DNA of 64,000 nucleotides, taken from the NCBI GenBank assembly GCA_973895155.1, contig OZ316893.1, positions 25,285,520 to 25,349,519 on the forward strand, written 5' to 3'. Position 1 is the first letter of the stretch. Every line of letters starts with the position of its first letter. The notes beneath the pieces were generated by a model. That model ran no database searches. It saw only the letters and a program-made list of their open reading frames with translations, and was not told the DNA's origin. A program made the translations under genes and the position numbers. The stretch is from Marsupella aquatica. Its lineage: Eukaryota; Plantae; Marchantiophyta. Below, piece after piece: positions 23,254-33,200 of this stretch.

Positions 23254-26200
23254 CTGATCATTTACAACAATCCAGGTGGCACATTCGGACTGCTAGTGGC
23301 ACTGTGGAGGATGTGCTGGGTGAGAGTTCTACTTTACTCACTCTCACTTTTAATGGAGGTACAGATCAGGAACTGCATTTCCCAGTCAGATGTTTAGTTA
23401 CCAATGCCACTACGTATGATGTGCTCATTGGCCAGGAGGCTTTGTTCCCACCAGGTTTTACCATTAACAACTGGCATGAGCATGCATACTACAGAGTTGA
23501 TTGGCATACGGATGGCTCACACTTGGGCTACATTCCACTTGATTTGCATGGTGCCCATACCCCTATGGCTCACCACTGTGTGTTGAAAGCAGTGCACACA
23601 GCTACCTATGTCAACCACCCATTGCAGGATTGGATTGAGGAGGATGATGATGAGGTGGCTATTGCACATGCTGCTGCACGTATAGCAGCACTTTCCAGCA
23701 ACGTGGATCATCAACCAGAGGTGGTACAACGGCTCCAAGCAGCCCATGGACCTTTGGTGGCTGCATTGCACAAATTTGAGGACCTTGGGCAGCATAATGG
23801 ACAACCAATAGCCCCAATCTTGAGCGCACCAGTTACATGGACTCCTCCTTCAGATGGCCTTACATTGCTTGAGCTTTTTGGTGGCATTTCTACAGGCCTG
23901 GAAGCTCTCCTAAAGTCTGGCATGGTGGTGAAGCAGTACATCTATGTGGATATTGATCCAGGTGCAAGGCAAGTGGCTGAATCCCATATGCTGGAATTTT
24001 CAGAGCGATTTCCCCAGCAGTTTCCACATAGTGCATGGAAGTCTGCATTTTCTTTCTTCCCTCCAGATATCCAGCTTGTCCAGCACCGGCACTTAACCCT
24101 TCTTGGCTCCCTTGATTTGATCATAGCTGGTTGGGAATGCCAAGGGTTTTCAGCTGCTGGTCACGGTGCTGGACTGCATGATTCTCGTTCTGGCCTTTTC
24201 ACAACATTGGTTCAGATTCTCACCTGGGCTCAATCCCTTTATCCTGCTGTTGGTTATATCCTTGAGAATACTCCATCTCAGTTTGACCAGCGTCCACAGG
24301 TCAAAGAGGATTTCAGTGTGGTCCAGCACTACTTGGGACCACCCCTTCTCATTGATGCAGTGCACTGTGGTTCTTATGCACATCGTCTTTGTAACTTTTG
24401 GACTAACCTTGCACCACCTTCCTTGTTGGAGATGGCTCTTCACCACACATCCAGGGACACTAACCTTATAGTGGACCAGATTTTGGATCCTGACAGTTCT
24501 TGCCAACCAGTTACACGGCAAGAGCCAGCACCTTGGTATCCAGCCAATACCATTGGACAACCCCGTGCTGCTTGGCCTACATTTGTGTCCTTTCCAGGTG
24601 CACATGCTTTTCAGGGTGATGGTCCTGGTCTGGTTTATCGACATTCTACCGGTACATGGGATGAACCTAGTCCTGAGGAGAGAGAACGGGCTATGGGCTT
24701 CCAACCCGGTACTACAGGTCACACCAAAATCACCAGGCTGGCCAGGAATGCTTTACTTGGCAGGGTAATGGATCTCAATGCTCTCACTTGGCTTCTGGTC
24801 ACTTGCATCCTTTTTCAGATGTACATTCCTCCAGCATTAGGAGCTCCAGCCTTACCTCTCCACAGTGCTGCCGCATGGCATCCAGACCAGGTGCACTTAC
24901 CTCTGTCCAACACTCACCACTTCAGTCCAAGTGTTGGGGGGGAGGAGGTCCCTTGTAATGCGGCTGACATTATTTCTGAGTTTCATGGTGTGGACCACTT
25001 TAGATCAGCAGGTACAACAGGCCTTGGAGAGGCCTCATCACCTTATCAGCAACATGCTAGCAGCTTGGACAGTGGAGAGGCTGGCACTTCTGGCTCTTCT
25101 GGCTCTTCAAGCACGAGTACATCAGGTCCTATTCCTAGTGTTGCCAACTACACATTTATCATGGGCAACCACCTGAGTAAAAGACAGAAGGACCAGCTGC
25201 TGAATTCGCTCCTCAAGCATGAGAATGTGTTTGCTTTCTCTATGAAGGACTTGGGTAAGTGCAAGACTATGCAGTTCTCCATTGAGTTGGCTGATGAAAC
25301 ACCTATCTTTAGGCGGAGACACCGTTTGAGTAAGCTTGAGTGGCAGCTGGTGGATGAGAGGTGCCAAGAGCTTTATGAAGTTGGTCTTATTCAGCCATCT
25401 ACATCAGATTTTGCGGCAGCTACAGTGATGCCAGCAAAGAAGGATTCCAGTGGATTGTGGACAGAGAAGCGCATGTGTGGGGACTACAGGCCATTGAACC
25501 TGGTCACACCCCAGGACAGGTACCCCATGCCGCGGCCAGAGGAGCTATTTGACAGCATTGGAGACTCAGACATCTTCACTCTTGTGGATCTAAGGCAAGG
25601 CTTCAACCAGATTTTGCTGCTTGCAAAGGATCGCAAGAAAACAGCTTTCCATGGTAGTAACCAACTATGGGAGTGGTTGGTGATGCCATTTGGCTTGAAG
25701 AATGCGCCCATATTCTTTCAAAGAGTCATGGACCAGGTTCTGCAAGGTGCTGAGTTTCTGAAATGTTACATTGATGATGTGTTGGTCCACAGCAAAGGAT
25801 TTGACCAGCATCTACTTGACCTTGAGGAGCTATTCATGAGGCTTAAGAAGGTGAACCTAAAGATACACCCCAAGAAGTGTGAATTTGCTGTCAGATCAGT
25901 AGTATATCTTGGGCATCGCATTCTTCCAAATGGAACCATGGCTCACTGGGCCAAGGTGGTATCCATCTTGGAAATGCCCACTCCTACCGATGTTCACACT
26001 TTGAGGAGTTTTATTGGGTTGTGCAATTACTACCGGATCTACATCAAAGATTTCAGTACCATTGCACACCCATTGTATGCTTTGTTGAAAAAGAATGTGA
26101 CTTGGACATGGAGTACAGATGTTGAGGCAGCATTTGCCACTTTGAAGGAGAAGCTCTCAGAATACCCGGTGCTGAGAAGACCTGATTTCAGCAAGGTCTT

Positions 26201-28139
26201 TGTGTTACACACAGATTGGAGTGCCCTTGGGATTGGTGCCATTATGGGCCAGCATGATGAGGAAGGTAAAGAGTACGTCATTGCCTATGCATCCAGGAGC
26301 AACAATCAGGCAGAGAGTCATTATTCTTCTTATGAGGGTGAATGCCTTGCTGTTGTGTGGGCTGTCATACATTACAGGCCCTACCTCTATGGGACCAGGT
26401 TTGTTCTCTACACCGACCACCAGCCCTTGAAGTGGTTGATGACCAACGACAAGCTTACTGGCAAGCTTGCTCGTTGGGCGCTCATACTCCAGGAGTATGA
26501 TTTTGAGGTAATTCATAGGCCTGGTGTGACACATCAAAATGCTGACACTATGTCCCGCAGCCCTTTGATTGCCTCTGATGATCCCTCAGATGCACGGCAG
26601 GATTTTGACCAGGTTTCCATCCTGCCTACATTTCATGCATCTACCTATCTTGCTTTGCTGCCATGCTACATTGTTGACCAACCTGTGGTGGACATATGGG
26701 AGGACAGCGACACTCTGAGATTTCTGCAGGATGGGGAGTACCCCACCCATGTTACTGCTGCCCAGAGAGACCAAATTCAGCAAAGGTCCAAGCGCTACTT
26801 GTGGAAGGGAGATCATCTTGTGCGCTGCTTGCCAGACAGGGAAGTGGTGGTTCCACCCATTCATGAGAGGGTTGGCCTTATCCGTAAGGTACATTCTGAG
26901 CTTGGTCATTTTGGTGTTAAGAGGACTTATAGCCTCTTGGTCCCCCATTATCATTGGAGAGGCATGCATGGCCAGGTTCGAGATGTTATTGCCCGGTGTG
27001 AGCAGTGTGATAGGGTAAGGACTTCTTTCACATCTTGGCAACCCACACTTCATCCACTCCCTATTCAGGGCATGTTTTATCGCTGGTCATGTGATTTGGC
27101 TGGAGAATTACCCCTCACGTCTCGGGGTAATCTCTACATCATGATCATGATAGAGCATTTCTCCAAGTGGATAGAACTTGTGGCATTGCCGGATAAGACC
27201 TCCCGTAGCACCAGCCAGGCATTCCTACAACAAGTTCTTAGCCGCTTTGGAGCTTGTGCAGAATGTCTCACTGACCAGGGATCAGAGTTTAGAGGAGAGT
27301 TCCAGGAGCTGCTTGATCAGGCCCTCATTGATCATCGCCGAACGTCACGAGATCACCCACAAGCAGATGGCTTGGCAAAGCGCATGGTTCAGACATGCAA
27401 GAAGGGTCTCTGGAAGATCTGCCTCACCAAAAATAAGGAGGATTGGGACCTGGCCTTACCCTACATTGCCATGGGGTATAGGATGTCCAGACATGCATCA
27501 CTGTCTAACTTTTCTCCCTACTTCTTGTTGTTTGGTCGTCACCCAGTTCCACCTTCTGCTATTGCTGCTCACATGCTTCAGGTGGTGGACTTGGATTCAG
27601 CTGTGACTTGGTCTGATGTGATCTCTGAGAGGGCTGCCCTATTCAGGAGGGTTATGCCCATGGCCATGGAGAATTTGGCCATTGCACAGCATAGGGACAC
27701 ACTGCGTTATGCACACACACGAGGGGGCACCTTTCAGCCCAAGGTCAGGAAGTTTGATGTAGGAGATTTTGTGTACTTGCAGCGGCAAGCTAACGACACC
27801 CTGGACACCTCTACCAGTCGTACTATTCTCAGGGTTAAAGCTATTCGACCGTCTGGAGTGCTAGAGTTACAAGGGGCAGATGGGCGCACAATTGTTGACA
27901 ATGCCAAGATTTGTGCCCCTTGTCATCTGCCTAACCTGGATCCCACCATTGTGACTTCTACCTGGATTCCACCTGTGGACTACCCTTGCAAAGTGTGTTT
28001 GCGAATTGATGATGCTGACCAGATGCTGCTGTGTGATAATTGCAATGGAGGGTACCATCTTTTCTGCCTTCGGCCTGAACTTACCCAGGTGCCAGAAGGG
28101 TTATGGTTTTGCCCTTCCTGTGCTCCACGTGCTACCTGA
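23241..28139 (+). CDS. Pol polyprotein: PR C-half, C5 cytosine methyltransferase, RT, RNase H, integrase, PHD finger
   Basis: YDVLIG (PR); LELFGG, IAGWECQGFS, YILENT, AHRLCNFWTN, ERERAMGF, LLGR (DNMT, ~23859-24790); MPFGLKNAP and YIDD (RT); LHTDWS, YTDHQPL, NADTMSR (RH); HSELGH...CEQC, SCDLAG, LTDQGSEF (INT); C4HC3 at 27987-28121. Confidence 0.93.
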   Translation: MGLLTDHLQQSRWHIRTASGTVEDVLGESSTLLTLTFNGGTDQELHFPVRCLVTNATTYDVLIGQEALFPPGFTINNWHEHAYYRVDWHTDGSHLGYIPLDLHGAHTPMAHHCVLKAVHTATYVNHPLQDWIEEDDDEVAIAHAAARIAALSSNVDHQPEVVQRLQAAHGPLVAALHKFEDLGQHNGQPIAPILSAPVTWTPPSDGLTLLELFGGISTGLEALLKSGMVVKQYIYVDIDPGARQVAESHMLEFSERFPQQFPHSAWKSAFSFFPPDIQLVQHRHLTLLGSLDLIIAGWECQGFSAAGHGAGLHDSRSGLFTTLVQILTWAQSLYPAVGYILENTPSQFDQRPQVKEDFSVVQHYLGPPLLIDAVHCGSYAHRLCNFWTNLAPPSLLEMALHHTSRDTNLIVDQILDPDSSCQPVTRQEPAPWYPANTIGQPRAAWPTFVSFPGAHAFQGDGPGLVYRHSTGTWDEPSPEERERAMGFQPGTTGHTKITRLARNALLGRVMDLNALTWLLVTCILFQMYIPPALGAPALPLHSAAAWHPDQVHLPLSNTHHFSPSVGGEEVPCNAADIISEFHGVDHFRSAGTTGLGEASSPYQQHASSLDSGEAGTSGSSGSSSTSTSGPIPSVANYTFIMGNHLSKRQKDQLLNSLLKHENVFAFSMKDLGKCKTMQFSIELADETPIFRRRHRLSKLEWQLVDERCQELYEVGLIQPSTSDFAAATVMPAKKDSSGLWTEKRMCGDYRPLNLVTPQDRYPMPRPEELFDSIGDSDIFTLVDLRQGFNQILLLAKDRKKTAFHGSNQLWEWLVMPFGLKNAPIFFQRVMDQVLQGAEFLKCYIDDVLVHSKGFDQHLLDLEELFMRLKKVNLKIHPKKCEFAVRSVVYLGHRILPNGTMAHWAKVVSILEMPTPTDVHTLRSFIGLCNYYRIYIKDFSTIAHPLYALLKKNVTWTWSTDVEAAFATLKEKLSEYPVLRRPDFSKVFVLHTDWSALGIGAIMGQHDEEGKEYVIAYASRSNNQAESHYSSYEGECLAVVWAVIHYRPYLYGTRFVLYTDHQPLKWLMTNDKLTGKLARWALILQEYDFEVIHRPGVTHQNADTMSRSPLIASDDPSDARQDFDQVSILPTFHASTYLALLPCYIVDQPVVDIWEDSDTLRFLQDGEYPTHVTAAQRDQIQQRSKRYLWKGDHLVRCLPDREVVVPPIHERVGLIRKVHSELGHFGVKRTYSLLVPHYHWRGMHGQVRDVIARCEQCDRVRTSFTSWQPTLHPLPIQGMFYRWSCDLAGELPLTSRGNLYIMIMIEHFSKWIELVALPDKTSRSTSQAFLQQVLSRFGACAECLTDQGSEFRGEFQELLDQALIDHRRTSRDHPQADGLAKRMVQTCKKGLWKICLTKNKEDWDLALPYIAMGYRMSRHASLSNFSPYFLLFGRHPVPPSAIAAHMLQVVDLDSAVTWSDVISERAALFRRVMPMAMENLAIAQHRDTLRYAHTRGGTFQPKVRKFDVGDFVYLQRQANDTLDTSTSRTILRVKAIRPSGVLELQGADGRTIVDNAKICAPCHLPNLDPTIVTSTWIPPVDYPCKVCLRIDDADQMLLCDNCNGGYHLFCLRPELTQVPEGLWFCPSCAPRAT

Positions 28140-28171
28140 CTTTTCTTCAGCCCTCCTTTTAGCTGTGGTCT

Positions 28172-28178
28172 GGGGGGG
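28172..28178 (+). promoter_or_regulatory. Putative polypurine tract (G7) of the Gypsy-type element
   Basis: G7 run about 30 nt after the pol stop, abutting the start of repeat B1. Confidence 0.6.
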
Positions 28179-28373
28179 ATACAGAGGTTTACACCTCCAC
28201 TACGAACATACCACCTCAGTTGCTTTTTCTTGGCACTTGTGAATGTGATTGGACTTTTTCTATGCATGTTGGTTGCTAGCAGCTTGCACATATGCATAGC
28301 TTGCACATATGCATTGCTGGTGACTTGTATGTTTTCGATACACTATATGGCTACGATACTATATGTCACGACA
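28179..28373 (+). repeat. Repeat B1 (195 bp, with an internal 17-bp duplication)
   Basis: atacagaggtttacacc...tatatgtcacgaca; matches 28737-28914. Confidence 0.92.
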
Positions 28374-28375
28374 GC

Positions 28376-28736
28376 TGTCATGCCGAGGGACAGTGCCGCT
28401 TGTGCACATCGACATGTCCCTCGCATGCCCGCTAGGTATGGTTAGGGCTAGTGTACTACTTGAGTTAGTGTCATGTTCTTGTAGCGAGTCTGGGCTGTTC
28501 TTGAAGCAAAAGGGGTTTGTTAGTGTGACGCCTGGACCCGGTCCTACTTAGGGCATGTTTTTCTTTGCCGTTCTTCAGTTCTTCTTGAATTGCTGTGAGA
28601 CAGAGTTTTTCAGAGCTGCTCGTCGGTTCCGTACACGGAATTCACACAGTGATTCGTTAGATGCTCCCGGCCGATCTTGGCATCTCGTCGGTTTTCGATT
28701 CGATTTCAGTACGTTTGTTTCTATCACGCCTTTTAT
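28376..28736 (+). repeat. Repeat A2 (361 bp)
   Basis: tgtcatgccgaggg...ctatcacgccttttat; matches A1. Confidence 0.92.
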
Positions 28737-28914
28737 ATACAGAGGTTTACACCTCCACTACGAACAAACCACCTCAGTTGCTTTTTCTTGGCACTTGTGA
28801 ATGTGATTGGACTTTTTCTATGCATGTTGGTTGCTAGCAGCTTGCACATATGCATTGCTGGTGACTTGTATGTTTTCGATACACTATATGGCTACGATAC
28901 TATATGTCACGACA
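28737..28914 (+). repeat. Terminal repeat B2 (178 bp)
   Basis: Second copy of B, ending ...cacgaca and followed by the TSD cttt. Confidence 0.92.
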
Positions 28915-29054
28915 CTTTCCTATATCAGTGGCCATGACAAATGATTCATAAAAAAGTCAGCAATCAACATGTCTCAAAGCTGCCTTATCAAGGAGACTAC
29001 CAACGCCAATGCTACTTCTCTATATATGTACACTAGCTCAATACCCATGCGTTG

Positions 29055-30240
29055 CACAAAAGAAGTCGTGTCGGCCAAGATGTCGTTGAGAAAAAAAAGG
29101 TGTTGTGTTGGCATGAGGTCGTTGAGAGAAAAGATGCCTTGTCGGCCAAGAGGTCGTGGAGAGAAAAGGTGTCGTGTCGGCCAAGAGGTTGTTGAGACAA
29201 AAGAAGTCATTGAGAAAAAAAAGATGTCGTGTTGGCCAAGAGGTCATTGAGAAAAAAGATGTTTGTCGGCCAAGAAGTAGTTGAAAAAAAGTTGTCATGT
29301 CAACAAAGATGTCGTTGAAAAAAAAGTTGTCATGTCGGCCAAGATGTCATTGAGAAAAAGATGTCGTGTCCGCAAAGACATCATTGAGGGAAAAGATGTC
29401 GTGTCGGCCAAGACATCGTTGAGGGAAAATACCCGTGCATTGCACAAAAGATGTCGTTAATAAAAAAGATGTTGTGTCGCCCAAAATGTCATTAAAATAA
29501 AGATGTCGTGGTGCCGAAGATATTGTTAAGAAAACAGATGTCGTGGCGCCCAAGATGTCGTGTCCCCCAAGATGTCGCTAAGAGAAAAGTGTTGTGGCAC
29601 CCAAATGCTGTTAAGAGAAAATATGTTGTGTTTCTTAAGAATGATGTTCTTATGTGAAAGATGTCATGAAGTAAAAAGACGTTGTTAAGAAAAAGAAGTC
29701 ATTTTGCCAAAGATGACATGTTGCCCAAAAGGTCATCAAGTAAAAAATTGTTGTCAAGTAAATAGATGTCATGTCGCCAATGATGTTGTTATGCCAAAGA
29801 TGTTGTTAAGTATTAAGATGTTGTTAAGTACAAAATGGTCAATAGATAAAGTATGTCATTACTCAAAGATGTTGTGAAGTAAAAGATGTTGTTAAATACG
29901 TCTCGGGCCTGATACCTGTGCATTGCACAAATGATGCATGTTGAGGTGAGATAATAAGTCGATGACAGAAAAACATTTCGAGCTGAGAAAAATATGTCAA
30001 GGAGAGAAAGGATGGCAAGGTGAGAAAAAAATGTCATATTAGAGAAAAACATTCTGAGGTGAGAAAAAGATGTCAAGGAGAGAAAAGATGGCAAGATGAG
30101 AAAAAGATGTCAAGATGATGAAAAAATGTTGAGAGCGAAGAAAGATGTTGTGGTGAGATAAGATGGCCAGGTGAGAAAAATATGGCAAAGTGAGACAAAT
30201 ATAATATATGCATGTTGAGGTGAGCAAAGATCTCGAGGTG
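29055..30240. repeat. Degenerate low-complexity tandem array (AAGATGTCGT-based, grading into GAGAAAAAGATGTCAAG units)
   Basis: Many copies of aagatgtcgtgtcggcc and aagatgtc(a/g)ttgagaaaa, decaying rightwards. Confidence 0.8.
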
Positions 30241-33200
30241 AATAAATTTAATTAATTTTTGATTAATTTTTTCATTGTGGCAGGTATGGGAAGGTTAAAG
30301 GGTAGCTTGGGCAAGAATTTATTTTTAGAAGGGGCATATGGATAGATCTGAGAGTGTGGAAAAATTATGTTTTGATGAACATTCAAGATTGATTGTCACT
30401 TTTTTTTAGTTTGTAAAAGGACAGGATCAGGATTATAGTGGTACATGGTAAAGGGAGGTCTCCTTGATTCTCTTGCATTGCTAGAGACCCTCCCTAGTTT
30501 CTTTGCACTATTGGATTCATTTTTTTCTTGGAAACATTGCTCTCCGTTTTCATTCACAAAGGAAATCATTCTTTCATGTTTTTCATTTTTGGGATATTGC
30601 AAATTTGAATGACTACTATAAAAAAAGTACCATGTTATTATAGCTTTTGACATTCTCCTTGTCATCTAACCTATTGTGTTTAATTAACCTATTTTAATTA
30701 AATTATTATCATTATTATATTATGCAAAATTGTAATACTTACAATAATACATAGTATCATATAAGTACTTTTGTATTTCTTGTGTATGGATAAGGAACCT
30801 CCTTGATACTCATGCATGTGCATTGGCTCACTTGTTTTGTGTGCCCCATTGGCTCTGCATTGGCTCCATCCTTGTGTGTGTCCCATTTGATTCTCCTCTT
30901 GTTTGGAATACACTTATTATTTTTTTGGTGCACACTAAATTTAATATAGCCTTTATTCCTTCTCTTTGACATGATTAATGTTTTTGACACTGCAAATTTG
31001 AATGACTACCACTTCATAAAAAGACCGCAACCTTGTATTATAGTCTTTAATAGTGTTGCCCCATTGCGGAGGGTTACCATAGCTACTCTAGAATCTGGAG
31101 ACAAAAGTTGTGCTCCGGTAGGGTACCAAAGAGGCAGAAGTAAATCATTCCCAGTTTCATGCTTTCCGCAGTTCCATATTGGAAACCAATTATTAACCTG
31201 GAAACACCACCCAGTACCATCTTTTGAAAAGACCAAATTTCTTAGCAGATTTAACAATGCATCAAGAATCAGTTCACCACTAAGTGCAAGATTGTCACAT
31301 ATCTTTGACTGAGCTTTCATCAAAGTGAGGAAGAACTAAGCAGCTGCTGTGAACACTCTCATAAGAGAATATTGATGCTGGAAACCTCCGATCCTCCCAA
31401 AGATAGTTGCAGCTGACCGTCCTGTTATGCTCAACCTCAGGGTAGGTCTCTCCAAGACAAATGTTATTTATTGATCGTATCAAAAATCCCAGCTGCTTGG
31501 TATAAATGCCAGGGATGGTTTCTCGACTAGCTGCTCTCCAGAGAAATGTAGAACTTATCCTGCTCCTCAAAGCTAGCCTGGGACAACTGAAGAGTTATAG
31601 CTTTCTCTTCTCATGTGAATGTTCAACACAATGATAGGGGTTTTGGCCAAGAGACATTTCTAATCACCATGAAAGCTGCAAATTATAATATTGTGCTCAC
31701 ACTAAAAAACCTTCAACACCCTTGCGAACCCACGCATAAAGAAAATCATTGCGCTGAGGCAACCCAACAGCACAATTTATATTGCTAAACAAATTTGTAA
31801 GACAATAATGTTTTCCAATGAAAATCCACAGGCTTTTTGAAGCTTCTCTCTACCTGTGAAAAATATTGGTTGTTTGACTCAGGCCTACTTGCACCCCTAG
31901 TCTACCTAGACTTCACAAGTTTGTTGTTCTGAATTAGGGAGTATCTATGTACAACGAGGAGGTAGTAGTCCTTCTACAAAGATCCAAATCCAAAAACATA
32001 GCTTGTTTGCATGTGTAGACAATAGGGGCATTGAGCAACGGCCCCGGGCGATGGCCATGTTACAGAGTGGGTGTGACTTTGTATGAGAGTTATCACAGGT
32101 GGTGTCGAGGGCACCAGGTTGCTTGCTTGTGGAGTTTCGTATAGACGTTTTCTCGGACATTCGGGCACCAGGAGTACCTAGGCCAAGGTACTAGGTTTGG
32201 TGAGAGCACTGGGTGGCTAGTTCCACCACTCATTCACACTGAGTATTATTCACTTTTTGGTTGATTATTTCCTTTTTCAGGTTTGATTTTTTTCACCTAA
32301 AACAGCCCGCCCAATTTGAAAGACAACCAGGGCATAAAAAGGTGCAACATTGTATTATAGTTTCTTATTTTTTGTTGTTTAGATTTATTTGGTCAATTTG
32401 GGTCTTTATGTCAAACCTGGTGGTCCCATCTTGGTAACAAGGTCAGCCAGAGTACTCATGTCTACAATATTGTATTTCTATGGTCAACAATCAGTCACAT
32501 TTCACTCTGGTGGCCTCCAGGGTGGCCCGCAACATATGACCGTATAGAGAACATAATTATTACTATTTTACTCTCTTTCCTTTTGTGGTGTTATGGTGAA
32601 GTTGATTGATGCTTAGATGGACGGACCAAACGCTTGACCATGCAAATCAGATGACCTAGCAACTTTTGAACCTGAACCCCCTAAGTAGGCCCCTTATACA
32701 AACACAAGACATCCTATTTGAGTTCAGAGCAACTTTGAAAATAATTACCACTAGGGGTCCCTTGCAAAATTCCCTGCATGGGAGAGTGCCATGTCAACAA
32801 CAACTGCAACAAACAAGACTCGTCAATTTTGTGAATCATACTTGCAGTTTTCATTCGTGTTTGCGTCAATTTGGGTGTAAATTTTGGGACACCATGCCAT
32901 AAAAAGAATATGTCAAAAGTTATAAATGCAAAGAGCAAGACAGGTAGAACTTTCACTATGTAAACATTTTAGTTACATTTCTAATTTTAAAAGTTAACAA
33001 AGATTTTAAAAGTATTTTTTTCATGTAATAAACAATGACTAATACTAGTAGTAAGATTTCAGACCTTTTGCAATTAACACCAACTACTAGCTATGGTTGG
33101 AACTTGAACTCAATTAACTTATACAATTCATTTGATTAGACATTGGTCTGGTTTCAAATGGACTTGCCAATGATTGAATTATGACTCTCTTAGCTTGAGA

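Larger units (their letters stand above)
12146..28914 (+). mobile_element. Ty3/Gypsy-type retroelement with DNMT and PHD domains and split direct repeats (A1 ... B1-A2-B2), interrupted by a Copia insertion
   Basis: Starts TGTCATG, ends CACGACA; 4-bp TSD CTTT (12142-12145 and 28915-28918); gag, PR, DNMT, RT, RH, INT, PHD in Gypsy order. Confidence 0.9.

Noticed and set aside
12146-28914. Classification as a DIRS/Ngaro tyrosine-recombinase element because of the split repeats and a methyltransferase
   Set aside because: No YR (R-H-R-Y) ORF is visible. Pol has a protease, an HHCC plus DDE-type integrase and a TSD, and the MTase is C5-cytosine type rather than the DAM-like domain of DIRS elements.
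31000-31620. Possible LINE zf-RVT remnant on the minus strand (SCPRL...FLWR)
   Set aside because: Too degenerate; no diagnostic run of motifs.
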